Shown here piece by piece: positions 12,357-23,645 of a stretch of 64,000 bases of DNA. The stretch spans positions 310,140,335 through 310,204,334 of the forward strand of contig NC_052146.1 in assembly GCF_902713615.1 (NCBI RefSeq), given 5' to 3'. The position numbers and the translations under genes were made by a program. The notes beneath the pieces were generated by a model. That model was given only the letters and a program-made list of their open reading frames with translations. It searched no databases and was not told the origin of the DNA. Source of the stretch: Scyliorhinus canicula. Its lineage: Eukaryota. Within the stretch, counting starts at the first letter, position 1. Each line of letters begins with the position of its first letter.

Positions 12357-12408
12357 ATGATCAGTAAAACACTTTTTGTTGTGACTCTGTCACTCTGTGT
12401 TTCTGGGG
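12357..12408 (+). CDS. Signal-peptide (leader) exon of the V-type receptor: MISKTLFVVTLSLCVSG(G)
   Basis: ATG with a purine at -3, a hydrophobic core, and a perfect phase-1 donor GGGG|GTAAGT. G plus the GT at the start of either V exon gives ...VSG-GANAPVLIQSP. Linkage to the V exons 29 kb away is inferred. Confidence 0.82.
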
Positions 12409-12690
12409 GTAAGTACAAGTTTTAGTTTGGTTTGAAGAAGTTTAACTTGTTATAAAAGAACTCTCCCTGGTTTGTGCTGCGGTGTCTCTGCACCTGGAAC
12501 TTGTGTGAATTCTAGAGTTAGAACATTCAAACTGGACATGAGAGTTACAGCAGAATTTATCACCATATTGAGAATGTTTAGTGCACCTGACACAGTTGCA
12601 CAGACTGGGAACACTGGTCGGAAAACTCGGTTTTCCCATTCTTCTCTGTTATTCATTTAATGTAACAATGGGTTTGAGTGACAGTCTGGA

Positions 12691-12908
12691 CATTAAATGG
12701 GTGTGTTTGGATGGATTGATCAATCTGTTCATTAAGCGGATGTATTTGGGGTGGATTGAATTAATCTGTACATTAAATTGGTGTATGTGGTGTGGATTGA
12801 ATTCATCTGTTCATTAAATTGGTGTATTTAGGGTGGTTTGAATACATCTGTAAATTCGTACATTAAGTGGGTGTATTTGGGGTGGATAGAATTAATCTGT
12901 GCATTTAA
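12691..12908. repeat. Degenerate tandem repeat, unit about 39 bp, about 5 copies
   Basis: Recurring attaaa.tggtgtatttggggtggattgaattaatctgt.c. Confidence 0.8.
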
Positions 12909-13214
12909 CTAACAGACAAATGGTGGTAATTTGTGCTGTTCATTTTAAATTTGTTGTTTGGGATGTTTATTATGGACTAAATCATCTATCGGTCAGCTCA
13001 ATGCCACAGTTTTTCAATGCAACAACACATCTGAATGATGACAATGCTTTTCTCGCTCTCATTTCCCAGAATGTCAGCTTTAATTGAGAGCTCAACTTCC
13101 TGAAAAGGCAGCTAAACCCACGGCTTTCTGACTGAGGGATACAAGTGCCCCAAACTGAGCCAGGCTGACACATTAGCTTCACTGCTGCTGTAGAATGTCA
13201 GCCTGTACTCTATA

Positions 13215-13540
13215 GATTTATAGAACAGTACAGCACAGAACAGGCCCTTCGGCCCTCGATGTTGTGCCGAGCAATGATCACCCTACTCAAACCCACGTAT
13301 CCACCCTATACCCCTAACCCAACAACCCCCCCCCCCCCCCCCCCCCCCCCCGCCTTAACCTTACTTTTTAGGACACTACGGGCTATTTAGCATGGCCAAT
13401 CCACCTAACCCGCACATCTTTGGACTGTGGGAGGAAACCGGAGCACCCGGAGGAAACCCACGCACACACGGGGAGGACGTGCAGACTCCACACAGACAGT
13501 GACCCAGCCGGGAATCGAACCTGGGACCCTGGAGCTGTGA
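13215..13540 (-). mobile_element. HE1 SINE
   Basis: tRNA-derived head (gggtcactgtctgtgtggagtctgcacg on the - strand) and a 3' tail shared with HER1. Confidence 0.92.
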
Positions 13541-14180
13541 ATCATTTGTGAAGCTCACCAGATCTGTTTCACAGACAGAATATAGTGAGGAACACCCTCA
13601 TCATCTCCCAATCTGCCGCTCAAAGGGAAAGGCTCTCTGCCGGGAATGTGATTGTTTAATCTTCCAGAGTTCAGTCCTGCCTTCTCACAACAAGAAGTGC
13701 AAACCGGACCAGAAAGGGGAAGCACCATTTTCTGCATCAAAGTGGAACCTCACTGTCCTTGTGATATTGTGATGATCCAAGGGTGATTGCAGAGTGTGGA
13801 CCCTCCACAGTGTCCTGTAGAGATGGGGGTGGGAAAAATGTATCTTCATTCTTATCGGGAGTTCTTTTCTCTTGATTTAACAAGGCCAATTTTGTATGAG
13901 AAAAGCACATGAGGGGCTGAGTGCAAATGTTTTGCATATTCTCAGGAGAAACTTCAGATAGAAATTATACCACGTTCATTTGAAATCCTGGATTGCCTAA
14001 TCCAGTTTGAACCAATCAGACGGGGAGATCAGGGATACAGAAGGTTCGATTAGTTTCAGTGAAGAAAATATAAAAATCAGTTGAATTTTCAAATCCATTT
14101 TATCTGTTGTATTTTCCCCTGAAATCCAGTCTCAGTAATGAGCCGTGTGTTCAGCAGCAACATCACTCTGTCCTGGAAGG

Positions 14181-15000
14181 CCATAAGACCATAAGACATA
14201 GGAGACGAATTAGGCTACTCGGCCCATCGAGTCTGCTCCGCCATTCATCATGGCTGATATTTTCTCATTCCCATTTTCCTGCCTTCTTCCCATAATCCCT
14301 GATCCTCTTATTAATCAAGAACCAATCTATCTCTGTCTTAAAGACACTCAGTGATTTGGTCTCCACAGCCTTCAGCGGCAAAGAGTTCCACAGATTCACC
14401 TCTCGCTGGCTGAAGAAATTCCTCCTCATCTCTGTTTTAAAGTATGGTCCTCTGTTTCTTGTTTTTCTTACAAGTGGAAACATTCTCTCTACGTCGACTC
14501 TATCCAGGCCTCACGGTATCCTGTAAGTTTCAATAAGATTCCCCCCTCATCCTTCGAAACTCCAACGAGTACAGACACAGAGTCCTCAACCATTCCTCAT
14601 ATGACAAGTTCCTAATGAAAATGAAAATCGCTTATTGTCACGAGTAGGCTTCAATGAAGTTACTGTGAAAAGCCCCTAGTCGCCACATTCCGGCGCCTGT
14701 CCGGGGAGGCTGAAACGGGAATCGAACCGTGCTGCTGGCCTGCTTGGTCTGCTTTAAAAGCCAGCGATTTAGCCTGGTGAGCTAAATCAGCCCCTATAAT
14801 TCCAGGGATCATTCTTGTGAACCTCCTCTGGACCCTTTCCAAGGCCAGTATATCCTTCCTTAGATACAGGGCCCAAAACTGCTCACAATACTCCAAATGG
14901 GGTCTGATCAGAGCCTTCTACAGCCTCAGAAGTACATCCCTGGTCTTGTAATCTAGCCCTCTCGACATGAATGCTGACATTGCATTTGCCTTCTGGACTG
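14181..15000 (-). mobile_element. CR1 LINE 3' portion, interrupted by a SINE at about 14615-14793
   Basis: ORFs EYCEQFWALYLRKDILALERVQRRFTRMIPG and FKTEMRRNFFSQREVNLWNSLP. Confidence 0.9.
14615..14793 (-). mobile_element. Second SINE family (GGGGCTGGTTTAGC...GTGACAATAAGCGATTTTCATTTC tail)
   Basis: The same element recurs at about 17462-17610, 19523-19730, 22016-22189, 38733-38888, 39640-39785 and 59037-59145. Confidence 0.85.
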
Positions 15001-15013
15001 CCGACTGAACTTG

Positions 15014-16270
15014 CACAGATTGTAGACGACACAAAGGTTGGTGGAATTGCGGATAGCGATGAGGACTGTCAGAGGATACAGCAGGATTTAGATTGTTTGC
15101 AGACTTGGGCGGGGATATGGCAGATGGAGTTTAATCCGGACAAATGTGGGGTAATGCATTTTGGAAGGACTAATGCAGGTAGGGAATATACAGTGAATGG
15201 TAGAACCCTCAAGAGTATTGAAAGTCAGAGAGATTTAGGTGTACAGGTCCACAGGTCACTAAAAGGGGCAACACAGGTGGAGAAGGTAGTCAAGAAGGCA
15301 TACGGCATACTTGCCTTAATTGGCCGGGTATTGATTATAAGAATTGGCAAGTCATGTTGCAGCTATATAGAAGCTTAGTTAGGCCACACTTGGAGTATAG
15401 TGTTCAATTCTGGTTGCCACACTACCAGAAGGATGTGGAGGCTTTAGGGAGGGTGCAGAAGGGATTTACCAGGATGTTGCCTGGTATGGAGGGCATTAGT
15501 TATGAGGAGTGGTTGAATCAACTCGGTTTGTTCTCACTGGAACGACGGAGGTTGAGGGGTGACCTGACAGAAGTCTACAAAATTATGAGGGGCATAGACA
15601 GAATGGATAGTCAGAGGCTTTTTCCCAGGGTAGAGGGTCAATTACTAGGGGGCATAGGTTTAAGGTGTGAGGGGCAAGGTTTAGAGCAGATGTACGAGGC
15701 AAGTTTTTTACACAGAGGGTAGTGGGTGCCTGTAACTCGCTGCCAGAGGAGGTGGTGGAAGCAGGGACGATAGTGACATTTAAGGGACATCTTGACAAAT
15801 ACATGAATAGGTTGGGAATAGAGGGATACGGACCAAGGAAGTGTAGTAAATTGTAGTTTAGTCAGGCAGCACGGTCGGCACGGGCTTGGAGGGCCGAAGG
15901 GCCTCTTCCTGTGCTGTACTTTTCTTTGTTCTTTGTTCTTTGTAAAACATATAAGGTGGGTGTGTCGAGAACCAGGGGTCACAGTCTGAGGATTCAGGGT
16001 AAAGCATTTCGGACAGGGCTGAGGAGACATTTCTTCACCCAAAGAGTGGTGAGCCTGTGGAATTCATTACCATCGGAGGTAGTTGATGCTAAAACATTGA
16101 ATATATTCAAGAGGTGGCTGGAAATAGCACTTGGGGAGAATGGGATCAAAGGCGATGGGGAGAAAGCAGGATTAGGCTATTGAGTTGGATGATCAGCCAT
16201 GATGGTGATAAATGGCGGAATAGGCTCGAAGGGCCAAAAGGCCTCCTCCTGCTCCTATATTCTATGTATC
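15014..16270 (+). mobile_element. CR1 LINE 3' portions (two adjacent copies)
   Basis: DDTKVGGIADSDEDCQRIQQDLD...WQMEFNPDKC; a second copy starts near 15945 (RTRGHSLRIQGKAFRTGLRRHFFTQRVV). Confidence 0.9.
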
Positions 16271-16299
16271 TATGAATGAATTCACCCATGATTACTGTA

Positions 16300-19040
16300 T
16301 TTACCTTGTCACAGGCACATCTAATTTCCTGACTTATATCATGACCGACATCACCATGACTGTTTGGTGGGCTGTAAACAATTCTGATCAATGTGTCCTG
16401 CGCCCTTGCTGTTTCTTAGCCCAGCCCAGATTTCACATCTTGTTCTTGTTCTCTAATCTCCTTTGTACTGACCTTATCCACTATTATCAACATTACCCCA
16501 TCGCCAGTATGGTGATATGCATGCACACCAGTGACGTGTTTCAGCAAGTTGGATGCGTCACAAGGCTTTTGGCAGCTCAAACTGGACGAAGCGAGCACAA
16601 AGCTGTGTATGTTTAACACACCCTTCAGGCTATTGTTTCCTCTGCCTAGGAGCGGTCTTACTGCTTCAAAATGCAGAAGGCAACTGGCTGCCTGTGGCAA
16701 TCGCCTCCATGTCAGAGACGGAATGCAGGTATGTGCAAATTGAAAAGGAATAACTTGGTTTAATCAATGGCTTGGCCAAATTCCATGATAATGTGTTTGG
16801 TCTTCCGACCTTTCTTGTGGAGACTGACCACAGGCCACTCGCCTCAATTGCACCGAAGAATTTCAGTGAAGTGTCCGCGAGAATCCAGTGCATAGTGATG
16901 AAGCTCCAACGCTATGATTTCGATCTAATCTACACACCAGGCAAGCATCTCATTGTCGCTGAAATGCTTCCCTGAGCCACGGCCATTAACGGGACACGCC
17001 TGGTTGGTGAGGACATGCAAGTCCATGTTGATCTTGTCACGTGATCTTCCAGTCTCTGATGATAAGTCAGGTCTAATGAAGGAAGAAACAGCCAAGGACA
17101 CAGTCCTCCAACACGTAATAAAGTATCTCCACGAGGGATGGCCTAAGGGTTCCTGATCAGGTTATTACAATGTGAGGGCAGAGCTGAGTGAGATGAATGG
17201 ATTTCCACAGCAACAGCGCAGGATTGTGGTTCCATATTCCTGGAGGACACCCATTCTCAAAAAGCACCTTGGAAGACACCTGGACATTGAAAAGTGCAAG
17301 TGCAGGGCCAGGGATACAGTTTATTGGCCCAGTAGCACCCAAGACATTGCAGCCATGGTTGATGGCTGTGACACTTGTCAGGAGTTCCAGTGCAGGCAGA
17401 GCAAAGAGCCGATGGGCATGGGGGAAATCATCACAACCCCTTGGCAGAAGGTGGACATGGATCAGACCAAGCAGGCCAGCAGCACGGTTCGATTCCCGTA
17501 CCAGCCTCTCCGGACAGGCGCCAGAATGTGGCGACTAGGGGTTTTTCACAGTAACTTCATTGAAGCCTACTCGTGACAATAAGCGATTTTCATTTCATTT
17601 CATTTTCATCTTTCCCACTTCAATGGAAGAGACCTTTTGGTCATCGACTGCATCTGTAATTATCTGGAGGTAGCACTGCCAGCGAACCCTACTGCAGAAA
17701 GCCATTGGCAGCCAGGAGGACATGGATCTGGCACCTTTGGCCTATCGGTCTGACCGCTCATCAATGCGCTGTCACCAGCACAGCTGCTGATGAACAGGTA
17801 GCTACGGACCACCCTGCCTTCCATCACAGCTCACCCCGTGGATCGAGGACCGGAGCGGAAGCTGCTTCTTCAGAAAAGGAGGCAGAAGGGGTTCTACGGT
17901 AGATTCACCAGGAAGCTCCAGCCAGCACATCCAGGTGACCCGGTTAGGCTGGAGAATGCCAATGGAAACAGATGGGTAAGGCTGGCAAAGGTACTGCAAC
18001 AGGCTGGCCCACATCTGTGGAAGGGAAATTAATGAGTTGCCAATTTAGAAGCATGCTGGGAAATGCTTGACTATAGTTAACACTACTTTTTAGGGAAAAT
18101 GCTGAAATATTCTGGTCTTGGCCTTGTTATGAAAACACATTGTCCTCCGAAAGATAACAAAATGTGTACTCAAATTGTTTTAGCCAAGGGCAAGAACATA
18201 CGTACTATGTATTTCATCTTGTGTACTTTCCAAGGTCTATTTAATATAAACATGGCTGTTTACTTCAAGCTGTTATTTCAGACTATAAAAAATATCCTTC
18301 CTTCAATCGAATCTCAGAGTGCAGTGCAATGGCTTTGCAGCTAGAACACTCTCTCTCTGCAAATATATTTGTGCAAATTAATTTCCTTAATTCAAACCTC
18401 GAGGAATTTGTCTTTATTATGATTTCCATGACAACATCCGTTTCTCAACATCATTGAGGATGGCTCAGTCTTGCGGAGAAACCGAAGAGCGCGGTTCAAA
18501 GTTCAATGTCCCTTCGTTTTGTCCAACAGAAGAGTTGGTATGTAATCCCAAAACACCTGAAGAGGATACAGACCACCAATCAGAGTCAGCACTCAGAGAA
18601 ACATCCGCAGCAATAAATACCGAACAAGCAGGAACACCAACGACAAATGAAGGTGAAACATGATCGCCGACTTCACCACTGCTCAGGAGATCAACCAGAT
18701 TACATCTTAAACCTGACAGACTGAATCTGTAATGAACCGTGTAGTTACATGTTGAAAGCATTGTGAATGTCATGTTTGGTGAAGTACAGTTACATATGTA
18801 AATGTCAACACTTGCAAAGGAAGGGGGATGTGGTGATATGTATGTACACATTAATGTCTATATTCATCCATTAATGTACCTAGTTGTCTGTGCGACCTCT
18901 GACCAGCAGGTGGCAACAAGGATCCACCATGTGGCTCTACAGATCTGACAGGTGATAGTAAGTCATACTGGAGGACAGTCGTATTAGATGTAGCTCCATT
19001 AAAATGCACTTATTCATTACCGTTGGTATTATAGTTTGTT
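16300..19040 (+). mobile_element. Degenerate, deleted Ty3/Gypsy element (RT, RNase H, integrase remnants, PPT, 3' LTR)
   Basis: FSKLDASQGFWQLKLDEASTKLCMFNTPF; FLVETDHRPL...KLQRYDFDLIYTPGK; HLDIEKCKCRARDTVYWP; PPT aaggaagggggA then an LTR starting TGTGGTGATAT at 18829. Confidence 0.85.
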
Positions 19041-19522
19041 AATTATCTTTCCACTTTTTCATTTTGTCAATAATCTATTTTTCTAGTCAAAGAAGTAGAT
19101 CTTCTGTGCGCACCTTTAGCAGAGCCACAACACAGAATATAACATCCAGTGTATTTTTTCCAGTCCTTCCTCAATGTGGACAATCCTTGAATATTCATTT
19201 CCTAGCCTTGGCCACCCAGCAGCCAAGTCTCCATAATACTTATTGGATCTTCCCTCTTTACTTCTATTAGTACCATCAATTCACCTGCTTTATTGTGAAT
19301 GCTGTGTACATTAAGATAGAGAGCTTTTAATTCAGATTTTCCCCTATTTTGACTCTATTTGCTGCTGATCTTTGTTTCTGCCACCTTCGACTTTCATCTA
19401 CTACTTTTCTATTCCCATTTCCAGCTTTATTTTCCTGTTATGGGAATTCCCAGTCAGGTTCCCTCAGGCTCTGCTCTTTATTGGTTGCTCTTTCCTGCAT
19501 TAAAACAGTGACTACACTTCAA

Positions 19523-19730
19523 AAGGGGCTAGGGGCTGATTTAGCACAGGGCTAAATCGCTGGCTTTGAGAGGCGACCAAGGCAGGCCAGCAGCACGGTT
19601 CAATTCCCTTATCAGCTTCCCCCAACAGGCGCCGGAATGTGGCGACTAGGGGCTTTTCACAGTAACTTCATTTGAAGCCTACTTGTGACAATAAGCGATT
19701 TTCATTCATTTTCATTTCATTTCATTTCAA
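19523..19730 (+). mobile_element. SINE (second family), full length
   Basis: ggggctgatttagcacagggctaaatcgc...(TTTCA)n tail. Confidence 0.85.
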
Positions 19731-20010
19731 AAGAACATCATTGGCTGGGAAGCACGTTGAGATGTCGAGTAGATGTGCAAAGTGCTGCATAAATACAAAT
19801 CTTTCTTTCTTTTACAACCAGATTATTGATGGACTCTGGGTCATTGCTCATTACTAATTCAAATGTGTCCTTAATGCGTCTGAAACATATTCTGAACACT
19901 GTTCAACCCACAGAAACTGCAGGCCATGAGCTCACACATCTACACAGAACGTTGTTACTGATGGTGATAAGAAGCTGTCATCAGCCTCAGGAAAGGCCCA
20001 CACAGAGGCC

Positions 20011-20480
20011 TCAGGTCAGACAGGAATCCAGGGTGTAAAATATAAACAGCAGCAAACCACATCGTAGAAACCACAAAATCACCCGTTTCACCAGAACCTC
20101 CTCCCAACAGCAAGTGAATTCCAGGTTGTAATGTCCAAGATGGTTTACTTCACAGTTCAGTGAGAAAGCCACAGCCTCTTGTCCAATTCTTCTTCCTTTA
20201 TCTGGAGACGCCCACTGTGTCTCAGAGCAGCTCATTCTCTTTCCCTCCTCCAGAGCTCCGACTTTCATCTTGTTTTCTGTCAAACGGTTTAATTGTTGCC
20301 GCTTTCTCTGCCCTTCCAGCTCCACCGGAGATTATCAAAGTTGTTGAGTTCCATCAGAACATTTTCCTTTCCCGTTGCTGCCTCTTCCCACAAAGTCAGC
20401 TCATTTATATTAACAGTTCTAATTCTGTGTTCATTCACTTTGTGTTTGTCGGAGCGCTTTCAAGGACTGAGTACTGAGCT
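20011..20480 (-). mobile_element. Possible decayed L1/Tx1-like ORF1 remnant
   Basis: ELEGQRKRQQLNRLTENKMKVGALEEG loosely resembles the DLEGRSRRNNLRI..LPE motif; weak. Confidence 0.3.
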
Positions 20481-21364
20481 GGCTTTTACGTGGGGTTCCT
20501 CCCTCTTAGTTACAGATTGGCTGAACACAAAGACCTGCATCAACTCTCATTAAGACGGCTTTATTTTCCAAGCTTGGTCAATGTACACGGGAGAGTGATT
20601 TGGATAAATGCCAAAACCACCCCACTTTCCACTGGTGCAGGCGCCCCAGTTATACAATTTCCAGTTGGACTTGATACACTCCCTGGAGCTGTCAATTTTA
20701 TACTGACCAATGAAGTTTACTTTAAGCAGCATGATGACTGTGTGATCAGCTCATTGTTTAACCCCATTCTGCCACCTTTTATTTAGCAGGATTCTTTATC
20801 CATTATGTCTTGTTTATCTCCCATCCCCATGTTGCTTATCTCAGCCAGTTCCTGCCCACCGCATTCTTCATCTAGGGGCAGGATGTTGAAGTTGGTTCCT
20901 CTTTGTACCATGGATTGTCTGAGACATGATTCTGGGGCCACTGATAAGAAATGCTCACTCAGCTGACTGTGGTGACTGGGTCAGTTAGTTGCTAACCACA
21001 CTATCTCTGTCTAATTCTGTTTGTCTTAACAACATGGGCAAGTTAGTCAGCATAAATCCCATCATGCACTGCGGCTGCTGCTTTTAGCAAGAGTTTGAAT
21101 GCTTGTTATTGTTATGCTCTAAAAATACATGTTTAATGGTTAATAATGATTGCTGGGTATCCTTTCTATCATTAGTCTCAATCCTCAATAAACTCAACTG
21201 ATGTAGAACTATTCTAGTGTTATCCTAGCTATCCGGTTTTAAGGGGGTCCCCTCTCAGGACCCACCCTTCACTGTTCAGTGCTGCTCTTTTTTTATTCTC
21301 GTCTTGTGTCTCCTCGTTACAGATTTCTGAATCTATTTTGGTGAACTGCTGCCTCACTATTTAC

Positions 21365-21578
21365 CGTAAGAAGTCTGACAACACCAGGTTAAAGTTCAAC
21401 ATGTTTGTTTCAAACACTAGCTTTCGGAGCACTGCACCTTCCTCATTCCTCATTCACCTGACGAAGGAGCAGTGCTCCGAAAGCTAGTGTTTGAAACAAA
21501 CCTGTTGGACTTTAACCTGGTGTTGTAAGACTTCTTACTGTGCTCACCCCAGTCCAACGCCGGCATCTCCACATCATC
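21365..21578. mobile_element. Penelope-like terminal sequence forming a near-perfect hairpin (arms about 75 bp)
   Basis: gtaagaagtctgacaacaccaggttaaag...ggagcactgc is followed by its reverse complement gcagtgctcc...ggtgttgtaagacttcttac. Confidence 0.75.
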
Positions 21579-21689
21579 ACTATTTAGCGTCAGTGTTGAT
21601 CTACAAGCTCCCTCATGTCTCAACTTCACTAATGACAGGATTTGAACTTCCCTGTCAGGAACTATCTCCTGCTGCCTGAAAATCTGTCT

Positions 21690-23160
21690 GTACAGTTTGA
21701 ATTCATTCTCATCGAGTTTTGCAGCACAGAAACAGGCCCTTCGGCCCATCACACCCCTGCCACCCATCACCTCCCTGTCTAATCCCGTTTTCCAGCCCTT
21801 GGACCGTAGCCTTGTATCTGCGGCATTTCAACTGCTGATCTAAATACTTTTTGAAAGGTAATGAGGGTTCCTGCCTCTACCACCCTCTCAGGCAGCGAGT
21901 TCCAGATTCCCACCACCCTCAGAGTGAAAATGCTTTTCCTCACATCTCCACTAGACTCCTACCCCTTATCTTAAACCTGTGCCCCTTGATTACTGACCCC
22001 TCCGCTTAGGGAAAAGGGGCTGGTTTAACACACTGGGCTAAATCGAAAGACAGGTCAGGTTCAATTCCCATACCAGCCTCCCCAAACAGGCGCCGGAATG
22101 TGGTGACTAGGGGCTTTTCACAGTAACTTCATTTGAAGCCTACTTCTGACAATAAGCGATTTTCATTTTGTTTCATTTCATTTCATTTCAAGTACCTTCC
22201 TTTCCACCCTATCTTTGTTCTTCACAATTTAATTCACCTCAGTCAGGTTCCCGCTCAGCCTCTCTGCTCCAGGGAAAACTACCCCAGCCTATCCAATCTC
22301 TGTTGGTAGCTGAAACGCTCCAGCCCAGGCACCATCCTGGTGAATCTCCTCTGCACCCTCTCCAGCGCAATCACTTCCTTTCTATAGTGTGATGTCCAGA
22401 ACTGCACACAGTACTCCAGCTGGGGCCTAACCAGCGTTTATACAGATCCAGCACAACCCTCCTGCTCTTCTATTCAATGCCTCGGTTAATAAAGACAAGA
22501 ATCCCATTGTCCTTCTTAACCTCCTTACCAACCTTTCCTGCTGCCTTCTGAGATCTGTGAACCTGCACACCAAGGCCCCTTTGATCCTCTCTACTTCCCA
22601 GGGTCCGACCATTCCGAGGCCAATGAGAATACCGGGTCAGACCCGCTCATGACATCAAACAGCGTTTACTGTACATGCGTTCCGGACCGCATTAATGCCG
22701 TTGTCATGGTGATGGAGATTTGCGATTTAGCGTCAAATTGGCACCCGCTGCGATCCTGGCGATGGAACCAATTTTCTGCCGAATTGCGTTTTGCGATTTC
22801 AGCGTCAGCCAGGGAAGAATCCCCGCCTCGTTCTCCCTTTGACAAAACCATGCTGACCATCCTTGATTAGCCCTTGACGCGCCAAGCGGAGCTTAATTCT
22901 GTCCCTCAGAATCTTTTCCAGTAGTTCCCCTCCCCCTGAAGTTAGGCTCACGGGCCTGTAATTTCCTGGTACGTCCTCACTTCCCTTCCTGAATAATTGT
23001 CCCACATTAACTGTCCTCCGGTCCTCTTGTGCCCAGAGATGATTGAAACTGTTTGTAAAAGCGGCTGAAATCTCCTCCCTTCTCTCCCACAGCAACCTGG
23101 AATACATCTTATCTGGCCCCAGGGATTTATCCACTTTTAGATCTGTTAAAATGTTATGTA
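21690..23160 (-). mobile_element. CR1 LINE fragments with SINE (22016-22189) and MITE-like (about 22605-22845) insertions
   Basis: DKSLGPDKMYSRLLWE...GNYRPVSLTSG; 3' UTR tail near 21690. Confidence 0.8.
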
Positions 23161-23170
23161 ATTCAAGTTG

Positions 23171-23645
23171 TTATGGGCCAGGGTTTAGAGAACCCCAAAG
23201 TGTATCATGGAGTTCACCTGACCCACAACTTTTAATAGATTGTGGTATGGGGAGCACACGGCCCACTCTACAGGTGTGGTACAGCAGAAAATGGACCAGT
23301 GGTTTTTAAAACAAAACCATGTTTATTCTATGACCTCAAGTTAACCTTTTTAAAACAAACAGTGAATATCTTAGCAACCAGTAAATCAAATACACCCCCC
23401 AAAGAATGCAACACTAAGTAACCTGTATGCTGTCCTTTTGGACCCAAAAAGACTTAACAAACCTTCAAACAGGATTACATTAGGTTTACATTCTATATTG
23501 AGACCTTTTTTACAATTATGAGTTCACCAAATGATACATAGATAGTCTTTGGATGGCGGATCACAATAGCAGAGCGGCTCATTGATAAACACAAACACAC
23601 CCAAGCTCTTTCTCAAAATGAAACTAAAAAAGCAGAAGTAGAGCT
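23171..23645. mobile_element. Truncated LTR of the Gmr1-like family
   Basis: tgttatgggccagggtttagagaaccccaaagtgtatcatggagttc is homologous to 37184-37826 and 52251-53137. Confidence 0.8.

Noticed and set aside
14130-14185. NEPCVQQQHHSVLEG, resembling a V-domain start truncated by a LINE
   Set aside because: Both candidate acceptors are phase 2 (the leader needs phase 1) and no continuation was found after the insertion.
21320-21370. Exon-like segment with a strong acceptor and GTAAGA donor
   Set aside because: The donor is the end of the Penelope-like repeat, and the phase-1 frame hits a stop immediately.
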